This document shows positions 50,664 to 63,520 of a DNA stretch of 64,000 nt, in pieces. The notes beneath the pieces were generated by a model. That model was not told where the DNA came from. It did not search any database and worked only from the letters and a program-made list of their open reading frames with translations. The position numbers were made by a program, and so were the translations under genes. This DNA comes from Octopus sinensis (lineage: Eukaryota). The first letter of the stretch is position 1. Each line of letters opens with the position of its first letter. Where the stretch lies: contig NC_043006.1 in the NCBI RefSeq assembly GCF_006345805.1, positions 22,506,001 through 22,570,000 on the forward strand. The letters run 5' to 3'.

Positions 50664-50900
50664 GTCAAGATAAAGACAGTATTAAATAAGAGGGGAAAGC
50701 ACACACAAATGTTTAAAAGCGAGTTGTCGGTAAGCGAGTGTCGGTAAGCGAAACCTTATCAATCAGTGAGACACCTTGTGGTTTTATATTATTTCCAATT
50801 CCTCTAGAACCAGCTTCTATCCTTTCCATCAGTTACATATAACCTTTTATTTGCCCCCTGCTATATCTATAACCTTTCAACACTTGATTGGCTGCCAAGT

Positions 50901-50906
<6 letters not shown>

Positions 50907-50990
<84 letters not shown>
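50907..50990. repeat. (CT)n microsatellite
   Basis: Direct reading. Confidence 0.95.
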
Positions 50991-50994
<4 letters not shown>

Positions 50995-51240
50995 CATTCT
51001 CTTTCTTTCTCTCGTTCTGTCTCGTCTTTCATTTGTTCTCTCCGGTATCTCTAGATTTACTTTACTACTTTGATGAATGAGCCACGTTACACACTTGGAA
51101 TGCTGTCACAACTGCCATAACCGTTTACCTCCTCATCCTCATCCTCATCCTCATCTTCATCCGTCTTATTCTTATTCATATTTTTTATTATCATGGCCTT
51201 GTGCCTTTAGTGGAAAGGAATATTATTATCATCTATATTA

Positions 51241-52145
51241 GGATGGTGAGATGGCAGAATCGTTAAGCACGCCGGGCGAAATGCTTAGCGGTATTTCGGC
51301 TGTCGCTCCGTTCTGAGTTTAAATTCCACTAAGGTCGACTTTGCCTCATCCCTTCGGGGTTGATTAAATAAGTACCAGTTATGCACTGGGGTCGTTGTAA
51401 TCGACTTAATCCCTTCCCCCAAATTTCAGATCTTGTGCCTTTGATAGAGAGGATTATCATTATTAGCTTTATACCGTCAGTAGAAAGGATTATTATTATA
51501 ACTGTTATTGTTGTTGTTGTTATTATTATATTATTATTATTAGGGCGGTGAGCTGGTAGAATCGTTAACATGCCGGGCAAAATGCTCAGCGGCATTTCGT
51601 CCGTCTTTATGTTCTGAGTTCAAATTCCGTCGAGGTCGACTTTGCCTTTCATCCTTCGTAGTCGATAAAATAAGCAACAGTTACATACTGGGGTCGAATA
51701 ATCGACTAGCCACCTAACCCCAAAATTTCAGGCCTTGTGTCTATAATAGAAAGAATTATTAATTATTATTTTAGGGCGGCGAGCTGGCAGAATCGTTAGC
51801 ACGCCGGGCGAAATGCGTAGCCGTATTTCGTCTGCCGTTACGTTCTGAGTTCAAATTTCGCCGAGGTCGACTTTGCCTTTCATCCTTCGGGGTCGATAAA
51901 TTAAGTACCAGTTATGCACTGGGGCGACTTAATCCGTTTGTCTGTCCTTGTTTGTCCCCTCTGTGCTGAGCCCCTTGTGGGTAGTAAAGAAATAGGTATT
52001 TCGTTCGTCTGCACCGCTCTGAGTTCTAATTCCACCAAGGTCGACTTTACCTTTCATCCTTTCGGGGTCGATAAATTAAATAACCGCGAAATACTCGGGT
52101 CGACGTAATCGTCTAGTCCCCTCCCCACAAATTTCAGGCCTTGTG
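51241..52145 (+). mobile_element. Head-to-tail cluster of four SINE-B copies (tails ii, ii, i, ii)
   Basis: Heads at about 51241, 51542 and 51773; fourth copy joined at AAATA|GGTATTTCG (51995). Confidence 0.85.
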
Positions 52146-53149
52146 TCTTTCTTCTTCTTCTTCTTCTTCTTCTTCTTCTTCTTCTTCTTCTTCTGATCCT
52201 TCTTCTTCTTCTCCTCCACATTCTCTCTTCTGATCCTTCTTCTCTTCCTCCTTCTCCTCTCTCCCATCTTCTATTATTGTTGATGATATTATTTTCCTAA
52301 TGCTGTTATTTACTACGTCACCACAGGATGTTGTGTTTTCATAAGCTTCACACGTTTTCTGTTTTGGCCCTAAAACATTATTTTGTCGTTTTAATTCCAT
52401 TCCAGAACTGAAAAGCGCGCCTTTTATTCTTAAAAAAACAATTATCCATATTCTACTTTTAAAAAACGAATTCTAAAAATGCCATCAAAACGTTCGCTGT
52501 GACAGAAGAGACGAAAATCACAAGTTATGCAAAAAGCAAAGGAAAGCGTTCCACAGCTCACCTTGACAAAAAAATTATGTTACGACGACCATGGTATTGA
52601 CGTCACTGCCATACTGGCTTTCTACTGCTACATTGTTGTCATTGCATGGAGATGAGAATAGTTGTTGCGGCTGCGGCAACAGTAAATACATAATAACAAC
52701 AACAACAACAACAGAAGCAGCAGCTGCAACAACAATGACAAAAACAATAATATGAGCAACAACAACAACAACGACGGAACAACACTGTTTCTACTGATTT
52801 TACAAACAGTAGAAAGAAAAAAGAAAAAGACTCAATTTCTTAGCAGAATACATTTCAAATGACCTTGTTACTGAGAAAATAACATAATTTTGAACAATTT
52901 AAATGACTCGATTACCAAAATAATGATAACAGTAGTAATATCACACCAATATGCTTTCTTCGAAATGGTGTTCGAATTGAGAAAAAGGGAATTCGTTTCC
53001 ACCCTTCCGGTCCTACTTTAAACTGGTGAGTAAGAGTAAAGAAGAAGTCTGCTTGGCATTCCTATATGACAAAGAAAAGTACATCTATACCTCGGTCCTT
53101 TATCAAACAACGTGATAAAAGTATGTTGTTTACCTAAATGGACTCCAGC

Positions 53150-53335
53150 GATTGGTTAAAATTGCTGAAATGCTCGAAATTTCAGACGAAATATCTTACA
53201 AACTATAGAATTTTCTCAATAAAGCCAAGAAAAAATGATGCTTTATAAACTCATTCTACCAGTATACGAAGTTTAAAAGTGTTTAGTTAACTACAAATTG
53301 TGTTACAAAATGCCGTTCAAAAGGAAAAGATCCAC
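53150..53335. mobile_element. Right half of the 37063 MITE family
   Basis: CATTCTACCAGTATACGAAGTTTAAAA..TGCCGTTCAAAAGGAAAAGATCC matches 37400-37484. Confidence 0.8.
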
Positions 53336-53501
53336 CGTTTGCACTCTGTTGCAAAAATTTCGTTTAGGTCTCCCGTATGAACATGATTTTTCCCTTCCTT
53401 TACCAGTCTCTTAAGTCCCCAAAATGGTCATGGACACAGCCCTTTCTTGTCTAAGTCATAAGAACAAAATAATGTTAGAATTGCAGTGCTATTTTTCTAA
53501 C

Positions 53502-53530
53502 CTGGCGGCCATCTTTATATTACTAACATT
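53502..53530 (-). promoter_or_regulatory. Possible first exon: YY1-like motif overlapping an ATG and a splice donor
   Basis: Minus strand AAG-ATG-GCC-GCC-AG|GTTAGA; no downstream exon could be joined. Confidence 0.2.
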
Positions 53531-53780
53531 CAGTTGTCTGTCTGGTTGTGCATTCACGTATATTTACGAAAACCGTATAGAGTGGGAACGAAATGTTTCG
53601 ATGAGTGTACTTTTAATCATATGCCTTTTTGCATTAAATAATTTCCAGTACATTTGTGGTTCGTGGAACATTCAAAATAGATTCCGCCGCCCTTTTCTCA
53701 TATTTATCAACAAGGAAAAGAAACCTCCCTCAAATTATGGCAAACAGACAATAAGTAAACGTGAGCGGACTGAAGGGAAA

Positions 53781-54172
53781 TCTTTATATATAAAAGTAAG
53801 GTTGTGTGTCTGTCTCCTACGATTTAGATTCCTAACTACTCCCACATTTTGCGGTGCAGTTTAACCAAAACCGGGTATCTTATAGTCGTGGTTCATATCG
53901 AGCCCTTCTGGATATTAGCACGCGTCTACGATGAGTCTACGATTTAAAAAAAAAATTACCATAATTTTTTTCTATTTTAATGCATTTTTTCGCTACTATG
54001 TAAGGGAAGTAACTCTCTAAAAATGTCTACGATGAGTCAACGATTTAAAAAAAAATTTAGCATCATTTTTTTTCCGTTTTTAATGCATTTTTTTTTTTGG
54101 CTATAACTCTCTAAAAATGCTTATATAGTTATTTCCCTTACAAATCCGAGCAACGCCGGGCGATACTGCTAG
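53781..54172 (+). mobile_element. Non-autonomous Helitron
   Basis: A|TC start, CCGAGCAACGCCGG hairpin + CTAG|T end; internal tandem duplication of about 100 bp. Confidence 0.85.
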
Positions 54173-54541
54173 TACAGATATACAAACAAAAATAGATATA
54201 CACATACGTACTTATAGGGCTTAGACACATTACAATACATACGTACCAAATACACTCACTTCAGTCAGAGAATGTGTGTTTAAAAATTTACATACAAAAT
54301 TTACATATATTTGTAAATGAAAACGATTTGAAAAAAAGAGTATTTATTCTACATTATCCTAAGAGAACTAATTTCTTCTGTCTCTCCCGTGTAACTTTAA
54401 GTGTTATATATCAAATTTATTTGTTTCCTAAGTTTAAGTCGGAAAGAAATGCATGTACCTCCCTATCTCTCTTTCTCCCCCTTTTCCCTCTCTCTCTCTT
54501 ATTTTCTCGCTATTCCTCTCCCTTTTGTGGGTGTGCATATA

Positions 54542-54898
54542 TACTCTTTTACTCTCTTTTACTTGTTTCAGTCATTTGACTGCGGCCATGCTGGAGCACC
54601 GCCCTTAATCGAGCAAATCGACCCCGGAACTTATTCTTTGTAAGCATCGGTTGTCAAGCAATGCTAGGGGGACAAACACAGACACACAAACACACATAAT
54701 ATATATATATATATATTATATATATATATACATATATACGACAGGCTTCTTTCAGTTTCCGTCTACCAAATCCACTCACAAGGCATTGGTCGGCCCGGGG
54801 CAATAGCAGAAGACACTTGCCCAAGATGCCACGCAGGGGGACTGAACCCGGAACCATGTGGTTGGTTAGCAAGCTACTTACCACACAGCCACTCCTGC
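54542..54898 (-). mobile_element. SINE-A with internal deletion
   Basis: Consensus match. Confidence 0.9.
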
Positions 54899-55169
54899 AT
54901 ATATGCATATACGTTTATGTATATATTTATATACTTATGCACACTACACATACGTATAAAAATATATATTTATTTAGATCGTGTGTATATGTCTGTGTGC
55001 GCGTGTATATATGTGTACGTGTGTGCATGCATACATATAGATGGCGTGGAAGGGACATCCGGGCAACGCCGGCTGCCACTGCTAATTCCTTTGTAAAGCG
55101 TCACATAGCTACGTGACACATGAAAAAAAAGGTTTTGTCTTCCTACACTTCGAAAAAAAAAAAGACACC

Positions 55170-55332
55170 GCTGTGTGGTAAGTTGCTTGCTTACGAGCTA
55201 CATGGTTCTGGGTTCAGTCCCACTGCGTTGCACCTTGGGCAAATGCCTTCTACTATAGCCTCGGGCCGACCAAAACCTTGTGAGTGGATTTGGTAGACGG
55301 AAACTGAAAGAAGCCCGTCGTATATATGTATG

Positions 55333-55377
<45 letters not shown>

Positions 55378-55388
55378 TATATATATAC

Positions 55389-55425
<37 letters not shown>

Positions 55426-55635
55426 GTGTGTATATGTTTGTGTATCTGTCTTTGTCCCCCAACATCGCTTGACAACCGATGCTGATGTGTTTACGTCCCC
55501 GTAACTTAGCAGTTCGGTAAATGGAGCCCGATAGAATAAGTACTAGGCTTACAATGAATAAGTCCTGGGGTCGATTTGCTCGACTAAAGGCGGTGCTCCA
55601 GCATGGCCGCAGTCAAATGCCTGAAACAAGTAAAA
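55170..55635 (+). mobile_element. SINE-A
   Basis: Consensus match; shares private variants with 60426. Confidence 0.9.
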
Positions 55636-56744
55636 GCGCACACCATTTGGGAACCACTGCTCCTTCTCCCTTTCTCCCGCTCTCTCTCTCTCTATCTCTC
55701 TCTCTTTCTTCTCCCCCTACCCCCCACGCCAAATGCTTTCCTTTCAAGAATTTCCAACTAAACAGTAACCAGATTAACTCATCCTCCTCCCACTCTTTCT
55801 ACAAACCACTCTCATTCTCTTATACTCTGTTCTCTGAAAAAGACAATGGGCGCTGCTCCTCCTCAAATTAACCGATATATATTATCAAATAACCAAAAAA
55901 AAAAGAAAAAAAAAAGAATAATAATAAATAAATAAATAAATAAATAAATAAATATAAATCAATAAAACTGGAAGGTTCTTTAGCAATTCTTTTAGTTGGT
56001 CACTGGCGTATCTCTATTGATTTCGAAATATTCGCAGATCAATATAACCGCTGAACTAAATGTTTGCCTCTCTTTTCTGTTCCTCATCTTCTTTACCATC
56101 TTTCACCTCTTTACTTAGCCTCTTCCCATTTCCAACTTCTGCTTTTTTGCGTGTGTGTTCTTCTATTCGTCTCTCTTTTTTTTTTCCTCCTACCAACAAT
56201 TATAGTTCTTTCAATTAACCAGAATTGACGTCTTTAACAAAAATCAAAGAATCAAAAAATAATTATTTTATAACATTATTGTCATTTCGTTTCTTCTATA
56301 AAACTCGCCTCTCTCATCCCTTTAATTCCTTCTTGTTGATTTCCTTTACTACATTCATTCATTCATTCGTTCGTTCCTTCGTTCTTTCTTTCCTCTTTCT
56401 TTTTTTTTTACGCATTTCTTTTATCCGTCTGTTTAGATATTTAGCTTTGTGGCTTTTGTTTGTTTTGGTTTCAACAAATCTATTGATTTCCAAATTAGGT
56501 ACAAGGCCACATATGGGTTACAATCAGTATAATCGACCTCATTTCGTTGACTATTGCTTTATTATATTACCCCCACCACCACCACTATCTATCAATGAAA
56601 GAGTAAGAAAAATGAAACAAATTTGACCTTACCGAGATTTTAACTGAAACATAAAAGAATGCATACATAAATTGTTCTACTTTTCGTCTGGTTCCCTATC
56701 GATTTCTGTCTTCTGCCACCCTCCATTTAAACGATGTTAAACCC

Positions 56745-57365
56745 TTTATACTATAGGCGCAAGGTTTGAAATTGTGAGGGAGGGGACTAGTCAATTACAT
56801 CGACCCCAGTGCGAAATTGTTATTTATTTATCGACCCGACAAGCAAACTCGACCTCTGCGGAATTTGAACGGAAAATGTAAAGTACTAGAAGAAATGCCG
56901 CTAAGCATTTTGCCTAACGAACTTAACGACTCTGCCAGCTCGCTGCATTCTTTTAAGCGATAATAATGCTTTCCCATTTTGTTTTCTGGCTTAAGTACAA
57001 AACCAACAATTTTGAGGAGAAGGGTTAGTCGATACCATTGATCCCAGTATTTGACTGATACTTCATTATATTGCTTCCAAGGGAATTAAAAGCTAAGTTG
57101 ACCACGGCATGGTTTGAACACGGTATGTAAAAAGCCAGAAGAAATACCAAAAAGCATGTTTCTGACGCACTAACGATTCTGCCAATCTATGAACAAGGGT
57201 TGGAATTTTGAGAAGGAGTTAGTTGAAACAGTCGACTCAAGTACGTGCGAGATGCTTTATTTTATCAACCCCACGAAGGATAAATAGCAAAGTTAATCTC
57301 GGCATGATTTGAACTCAGAGCATAAAGAGCATTTTTTTCCGGCGCTCCAACGATTCTGCCAGTTC
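56745..57365 (-). mobile_element. Three diverged head-to-tail SINE-B copies
   Basis: Repeated ..TTTATCGACCC..GGAATTTGAAC..CTAACGA.TCTGCCA blocks. Confidence 0.7.
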
Positions 57366-57862
57366 GTCAGATTTCTAAATTAGCGACAATGCTTGATGTT
57401 GTAGGAAAGGGTTTTATCGATCAGCCTCTTTCAATTCGCACATTATTGAACTATTCTTAGGATATGATCTGGTGCCGTGATCGCTACTTACAGCAGAAAA
57501 TAAAACCTTGATAAATAAAATCTTTGTAGTCGTTTTATTTATTTCCATCAATGCCCTTTGGAAAGGTATGAATGCCTCAATCTCTATTCTCCTATACTGA
57601 CTTTCCATTGACAAAGCTCAGAAATATAGCGTTTCCAGAAAATGTCTATATTTTACTTATTGGCACTTTAAGAAAAAAGAGCCTGTATTTAATGTTCCTC
57701 TTTTTTTAGTTGTTATCGAAACCTTCTTTGCAGAAAATTTCGGGAGTTTTAGTCCATTTTAGCTTTCATAACTTTGTCTATGGACAGTGCTCAACAAATT
57801 GAGAAATTAATTTGAGAACGATTATGTTTACAAACAAATGAAAACATGCGCCTTATATAGTA

Positions 57863-58669
57863 CTAGCAGCATAGCCCGGCGTTGCTCGGGTATGTAAGAG
57901 CCCCTAGTAGGCAACGACTAATCCCAATCTAGTCCTTTCCCTCTAGGGAACGAAGGCGCATGTGTAGGTTGCAATGTCTTCTCTTCACTCCCAAATAACT
58001 ATCAAACAGCTATCGATAATTCAACCCAACCAATTCCTACCAGGAAGAAATTACATTCGAGACTTTACCCCCAACAGCGCCACTTCTGCTAATAGCTGCT
58101 GCAGCCGCAAGTTATTCGAATGCTTTTTTTGTTTACACTTTCTTTATAACTACCACCCCAAACGTTTCACCTTAAATTTTTGATGTACCCTAAAGGTCCT
58201 CGGACGCTACTTGCAAACTCTTGGCTTATTATAAACCGCTTTTGTCGTGTGCATCAAAAAACCTTTTCCATTCGTTTGTTCAGTTTGGTCACTTTTGACT
58301 TTTTCGTTGTTGTCACTCACATTGCTGCCCGCTTTTTTGCCGTTTTTGTACATTTTTATACATTTTGGGATACTTACCCCACATGTTCCGAGAGTTAAAA
58401 AGGTCGAGTTGCGTCCCCTAGACAGTCTGTAGAAAATGTGTTGCATATAAAAAGCTTAGATTCTCGACCCATGTCGAATTTATCGATTTTTTTTCAGAAC
58501 TGAGGGAACTTTTCAAAATTTTCGCTGCGTTAGTTTTGAATTATGACATTGGGCTATGTGTGTGTCAAGTTTCATCAGAATCGGTTGAAAGCCGTGGTCA
58601 GGGTGAGAGTACAACCTGACAGACACACAGACACACAGACAGACAAACTGCCGTTTATATATAGAGAGA
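57863..58669 (-). mobile_element. Non-autonomous Helitron, long form
   Basis: 5' about 250 bp nearly identical to 38570 copy; CCCGAGCAACGCCGGG hairpin + CTAG end; extra interior of about 450 bp. Confidence 0.88.
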
Positions 58670-59045
58670 TAAAGTTTGTATATTTTTATTTCAGAAATTG
58701 AAGTTCCTTGAATCGTAAATCTGAGTTTCCCGTGGCTGGTTATTCAAAGACATTAAAGGGAGTAGCATGACAATATATAAAGAATATATCAATATATTTA
58801 TAAATATGTCGAAATATAATTAGCCTATGAAATTTGATTTGTTGCTAATATGATATGAAGTGTAAGTTTCAAAAAAATTCAATAAATTTCAAGGCGTATT
58901 AAAGATTAGACAATAAAATACAAACATTTGCTTTACGTAAGCCTTTATATTACTTTTACAGATCCCAAACTTAATCTTCTTACCGATCACAAGTGCAAAT
59001 TAATAACTCCCAGAGAAAATAAAATGGGTATAGTTAGTAAAAATA

Positions 59046-59620
59046 TTGGGTTGTCCGGAAAGTTTGTGCCGATTTTTAAAGGAAAGAAAAAGGTCAATAA
59101 ATACTTGCCATTACCCAGGCTTTACCAGGTGCTCATGAACGACAGATTTTGACAGGTTGAGGCTTTCTGCCAATTCTCGGGTTGTGCAATGTGGGTTATT
59201 CCCAATTAATGACTTGATTTGGTCATCATCTGTAGTGGATGGTCTGCCTGATCGCTCTTTATCAATAAGGCTATAATCTCCAGCTCGGAACCTTGCGAAC
59301 CACTTCCCTACAGTTCTTTTGGATAAAGAAACATCACTGTAAACTGCACATATTTCTTTGGTTGCTTGTGAGGCATTTTTCTCCTTTACGGAAAAAGAAA
59401 AGCATCAAGTGCCGAAAATGAATTTACTTATCTTCCATTTTAAAGGGTTACAGAATTAACACAGGTTATAGGAACATTAACCTTCTTCCACAAAAAGATA
59501 GCTTAAACTGTGCTCTAAATGGATGTGTAGTCAAATCCTATTTTAAGGACTCTAAAATGTTCTAAAATAAGTCGAAAGGTAAGCTACTATAAATCGGCAC
59601 AAACTTTCCGGACAACCCAA
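59046..59620 (-). mobile_element. Internally deleted mariner with perfect TIRs
   Basis: TTGGGTTGTCCGGAAAGTTTGTGCCGATTT TIRs, TA TSD; interior encodes HFRHLMLFFFRK..ASQATKEICAVY..WFARFRAGDYSLIDKERSGRPST..TTRELAESLNLS (HTH domains). Confidence 0.92.
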
Positions 59621-59659
59621 TATTTTAGATTCTAAATTTTTTAATATTAAATAGGTCAT

Positions 59660-60110
59660 AAAGCAGCGAGCTGACAAAATCGTTACCGCACGGGATAAAA
59701 TGCTTATTGACATTTCGTCCCGTTTTTACGTTCTGAGTCTAATGCCACCAAGGTCAACTTTGCATTTCATCCTTTTGGGATCGATAAAATAAGTACCAGT
59801 CATGTACTGGGGATTAATGTAATCGACTTACCCCTCCCCCGAAATTGCTGACCTTGTACCAAAATCTGAAATCGATATTAAATAGGTCACTGGCGGCGAG
59901 CTGGTAAAACCGTTACCACGCAAGACAAAATACTCAGCGGTATTTCTTTCGACTTTACATTCTGAGATCAAATGCAACCGGGGTTGACTTTACCTCTCAT
60001 CCTCTCGAGGTTGACAAAATAAGTACCAGTTAAGCATTGGGGTCGATGTAATCATCTTACCTCTGCCCCCAAATTGCTAGTCTTGTGCCAAAATTTAAAA
60101 CCAATATTAA
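59660..60110 (+). mobile_element. Two tandem SINE-B tail-iii copies
   Basis: Period about 232 bp, each preceded by ATATTAAATAGGTCA. Confidence 0.8.
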
Positions 60111-60173
60111 ATGGATCACTTCTCTGCCGTTATGTAATGATAGCTTATCTGTTATTAAGTAGTTCAGTAACAT

Positions 60174-60245
60174 AAATGGCGGTGCCCCAGCATGGCCACA
60201 GCTCGTGAGCTGAAACTAGATAAAATAAAAAATAAAATAAATAAA
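60174..60245 (+). mobile_element. Extreme 3' stub of the CR1/L2-like LINE
   Basis: AAATGGCGGTGCCCCAGCATGGCCACAGCTCGTGAGCTGAAACTAGA identical to the end of 41108-41450. Confidence 0.85.
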
Positions 60246-60425
60246 TATAGATAAGAAGCACCTTTGAAAATTTACGTATTTCCATAGAGTTTTAATTGTC
60301 TGTATCTGTAAATCTTTTTGAGGAAAATGTTTTAGAAATAGGTAAAGATTTTGTTCCAATTAATGATTCTGGCATGAATCTTATTATGCTGCAAGAAAAT
60401 TTTAGCTATTTCGCGACAATTCCTT

Positions 60426-60570
60426 TTAAGTTGCTTGCTTACGAGCTACATGGTTCTGGGTTCAGTCCCACTGTGTTGCACCTTGGGCAAGTGCCTTCTA
60501 CTATAGCCTCGGGCCGACCAAAACCTTGTGAGTGGATTTGGTAGACGGAAACTGAAAGAAGCCCGTCGTA

Positions 60571-60625
<55 letters not shown>

Positions 60626-60764
60626 ATATGTTTGTGTGTCTGTCTTTGTCCCCCAACATCGCTTGACAACCGATGCTGATGTGTTTACGTCCCCGTAACT
60701 TAGCAGTTCGGTAAATGGAGCCCGATAGAATAAGTACTAGGCTTACAATGAATAAGTCCTGGGG
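60426..60764 (+). mobile_element. SINE-A, both ends truncated
   Basis: Consensus match. Confidence 0.88.
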
Positions 60765-60789
60765 ACGACCAATAATTATTCAATGTAAT

Positions 60790-61075
60790 CATGAGATCAT
60801 ACAATAGAACTGGGTGGAGGGATCGCGAGTTCGAATCTCAGATCGGGCGATGTGTGTGTGTTGATGAGCGAAACACCTAAGCTCCACGCGGCTCCGGCAG
60901 AAGGTAATGGCGAAACTTCTGCAGACTCTTTCGCTACAATTTTCTCTCACTCTTTCCTCCTGCATCTTGCAGCTCACCTGCGATGGACCGGCGTCCCGTC
61001 CAGGTGGGGAACCTATACGCCAAGAAACCGGGAAACCGGCCCTTATGAGCCAGGCATGGCTCGAGAAGGAACGAA
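60790..61075 (+). mobile_element. SINE-C (centre 1 + tail 2)
   Basis: GAGCGAAACACCTAAGCTCCACGCGGCTCCGGCAG centre then CTGCGATGGACCGGCGTCCCGTCCAG tail. Confidence 0.8.
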
Positions 61076-61269
61076 CAACAATAGAATTGAGGTTCTTGAA
61101 CTGGTGGAACTGTACATCTTAGATTCAATTCAAAAGAGATTTCGATAAGCCAAGTTGAGTTTTTATTGTAATTGTAAAAGTTTGCCAAGTACAATTGGTC
61201 ATAGAATGGATGATGTTAGGAAGTGTTTCATCAACGTGCCTGAGTGGTACGAAATCTGCTTCCCAATTA

Positions 61270-61762
61270 CAGGGTTCGGGGTTCTGTCTTACTGCGTGGT
61301 ACCTTGGACAAGTGTCTTCCGCTATAGCCTCGGACCAACCAAAGCCTTGTGAGTGAATTTGGTAGAGGAAAACTGAAAGAAGCCTGTCTTACGTGTATAT
61401 TTCTTTGCGTATGTGTTTGTCCCCTACAACTGCTTAACAACTGGTGTTACTGTGTTTACGTCCCCGTAACTTAGCGGTTCGGCAAAAGAGACCAGTAGAA
61501 TAAGTACCAGGCTTACAAGACAATTTGCACTGGGGCCGATTCGTTCGACTAAAATTCTTAAAAGCAGCGCTCCAGCATGGCCACAGTCTATGAAAGATGA
61601 ACGAAAATATATTAATTCTGAATATTCAGGCTCAGGAGGGGTTGTGTAGTTCCGGGTTCAGTCCCACTGCGCGACACCTTGGGTAAGTGTCTTCTACTAT
61701 TGCCCCGGAATGACCAAAGCCTTGTGAGAGGATTTGGTAGACGGAAACTGGAAGAAACCCGT
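61270..61762 (+). mobile_element. Two diverged SINE-A copies (61270-61592, 61640-61762)
   Basis: Consensus match, diverged. Confidence 0.8.
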
Positions 61763-62040
61763 CGGATGGAAGGGAGGGAGAGGTGGTGGTGGGTGAAATG
61801 CATGATTTTTTTTTCAACTAAAGGTAAAATATTAAAAAAAATATAAAAAACTAAGTATTTTTTTCTCCGTTACCTAGCCGGTCTGTAACGGTCTTTCGCG
61901 TGATTAGTTAAATGAAAAGGTGAAGAGCGAAAGAAAAAGGAAAGGGAAAAAGAAGGTGAAGCAAAGAGTGAGAGAGAACGAGAGATAGTGCTGTGTATTA
62001 AGTCTATAAAATTGTACATAAAGTATATAAAGTGTATATA

Positions 62041-62205
62041 GGCGCAAGAGTGGCTGTGTGGTAAGTAGCTTGTTTACCAACCACATGGTCCCGGGTTTAG
62101 TCCTACTGCGTGGCACCTTGGGCAAGTGTCTTCTACTATAACCTCGGGCCAACCAAAGCCTTGTGAGTGGATTTGGAAGACGGAAACTGAAAGAAGCCCG
62201 TCGTA

Positions 62206-62236
<31 letters not shown>

Positions 62237-62468
62237 GCGTGCGTGTGTGTGTGTGTCTGTGTTTGTCCCCCTAGCATTGCTTGACAACCGATGCTGGTGT
62301 GTTTATGTCCCCCGTTACTTAGCGGTTCGGCAAAAGAGACTAATAGAAAAAGTACTGGGCTTACAAAAGAATAAGTCCCGGGGTCGAGTTGCTCGACAAA
62401 AGGCGGTGCTCCAGCATGGCCGCGGTCAAATGACTGAAACAAGTAAAAGAGTAAAAGAGTAAAGAGTA
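62041..62468 (+). mobile_element. SINE-A, full length
   Basis: Consensus match with three tail repeats. Confidence 0.9.
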
Positions 62469-62869
62469 TATAAAATGCATTTAAGTAATCATCGTATTCC
62501 AATTTCCCTCACTTTTCAATGATTTAGCAGATGGGTGACTATCTTTTTTATACAGGCACAACACAGGTTACGCTTTCAGGTATTCTGGAAAAAAGTTTTC
62601 AGAAATTACCCAATAAGTCTACCATTAATTCCGTGAAATATTCACGGGTCACTCTAGTATTTAATATTAGTTTATAGAACAAATGATAGCTTAGATCTTC
62701 TTTGCAAACAAAACTTAGACAAAAATCTATATAGGTCTTACTAAAAAAAAACTCATTAAAATATTCTTACAACATATGTATACATTTTCACAGTTAGAAG
62801 CCTCACCACGTCGGAACCAAAACATATCTAGAGTTTCAAGAATTACAATATTCTTCTCTTTTCTACTAT

Positions 62870-63520
62870 AGGCAAAGGACCTAAAAATTTGTGGGAATAG
62901 GGTGACGAGTCAATTTCATGGACTCTAGTGCTTAACTGGTACTTATTTTATCGATCCCGAAAGGACTTCGACTCAGAACGTGAAGACGGATGAAATACCT
63001 ATTTCTTTATTACCCACAAGGGGCTAAACATAGAAGGGACAAACAAGGACAGACAACGGATTAAGTCGATTATATCGACCCCAGTGCGTAACTGGTCCTT
63101 AATTTATCGACCCCGAAAGGATGAAAGGCAAAGTCGACCTCGGCGGAATTTGAACTCAGAACGTAGCGGCAGACGAAATACCGCTAAGCATTTCGCCCGA
63201 CGTGCTAACGATTCTGCAAGCTCGCCGCCTCAATTATCAGAACGTGAAGACGGATGAAATACCGCTAAGCATTTTGCCTGGCGTACTAATGACTCTGCCG
63301 GTTCGTCGACTTAATTATCCTTTCTATCATAGGCACAAGGCCTGAAATCTGGAAGAGAGTTGGATAGTCGATTACATCTACCCCAGTGTTCAACTGGTAC
63401 TTATTTTATTGACTTAAAAAGGATGAAAAAGGCAAAGTCAACCACGGCGGAATTTGAACTCAGAACGGAAAAACGGACGAAATGCCGCTAAGAATTTTGT
63501 CCGGTGTGCTAACGATTCTG
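62870..63520 (-). mobile_element. SINE-B cluster
   Basis: Several copies; junction GAAATACC|TATTTCT at 62992-63006. Confidence 0.85.

Noticed and set aside
52598-52605. CRE palindrome TGACGTCA
   Set aside because: One 8-mer is about what chance predicts in 64 kb
53424-53864. 146-aa ORF
   Set aside because: Runs into a Helitron, has no domain signature, and overlaps the alternative minus-strand first-exon candidate
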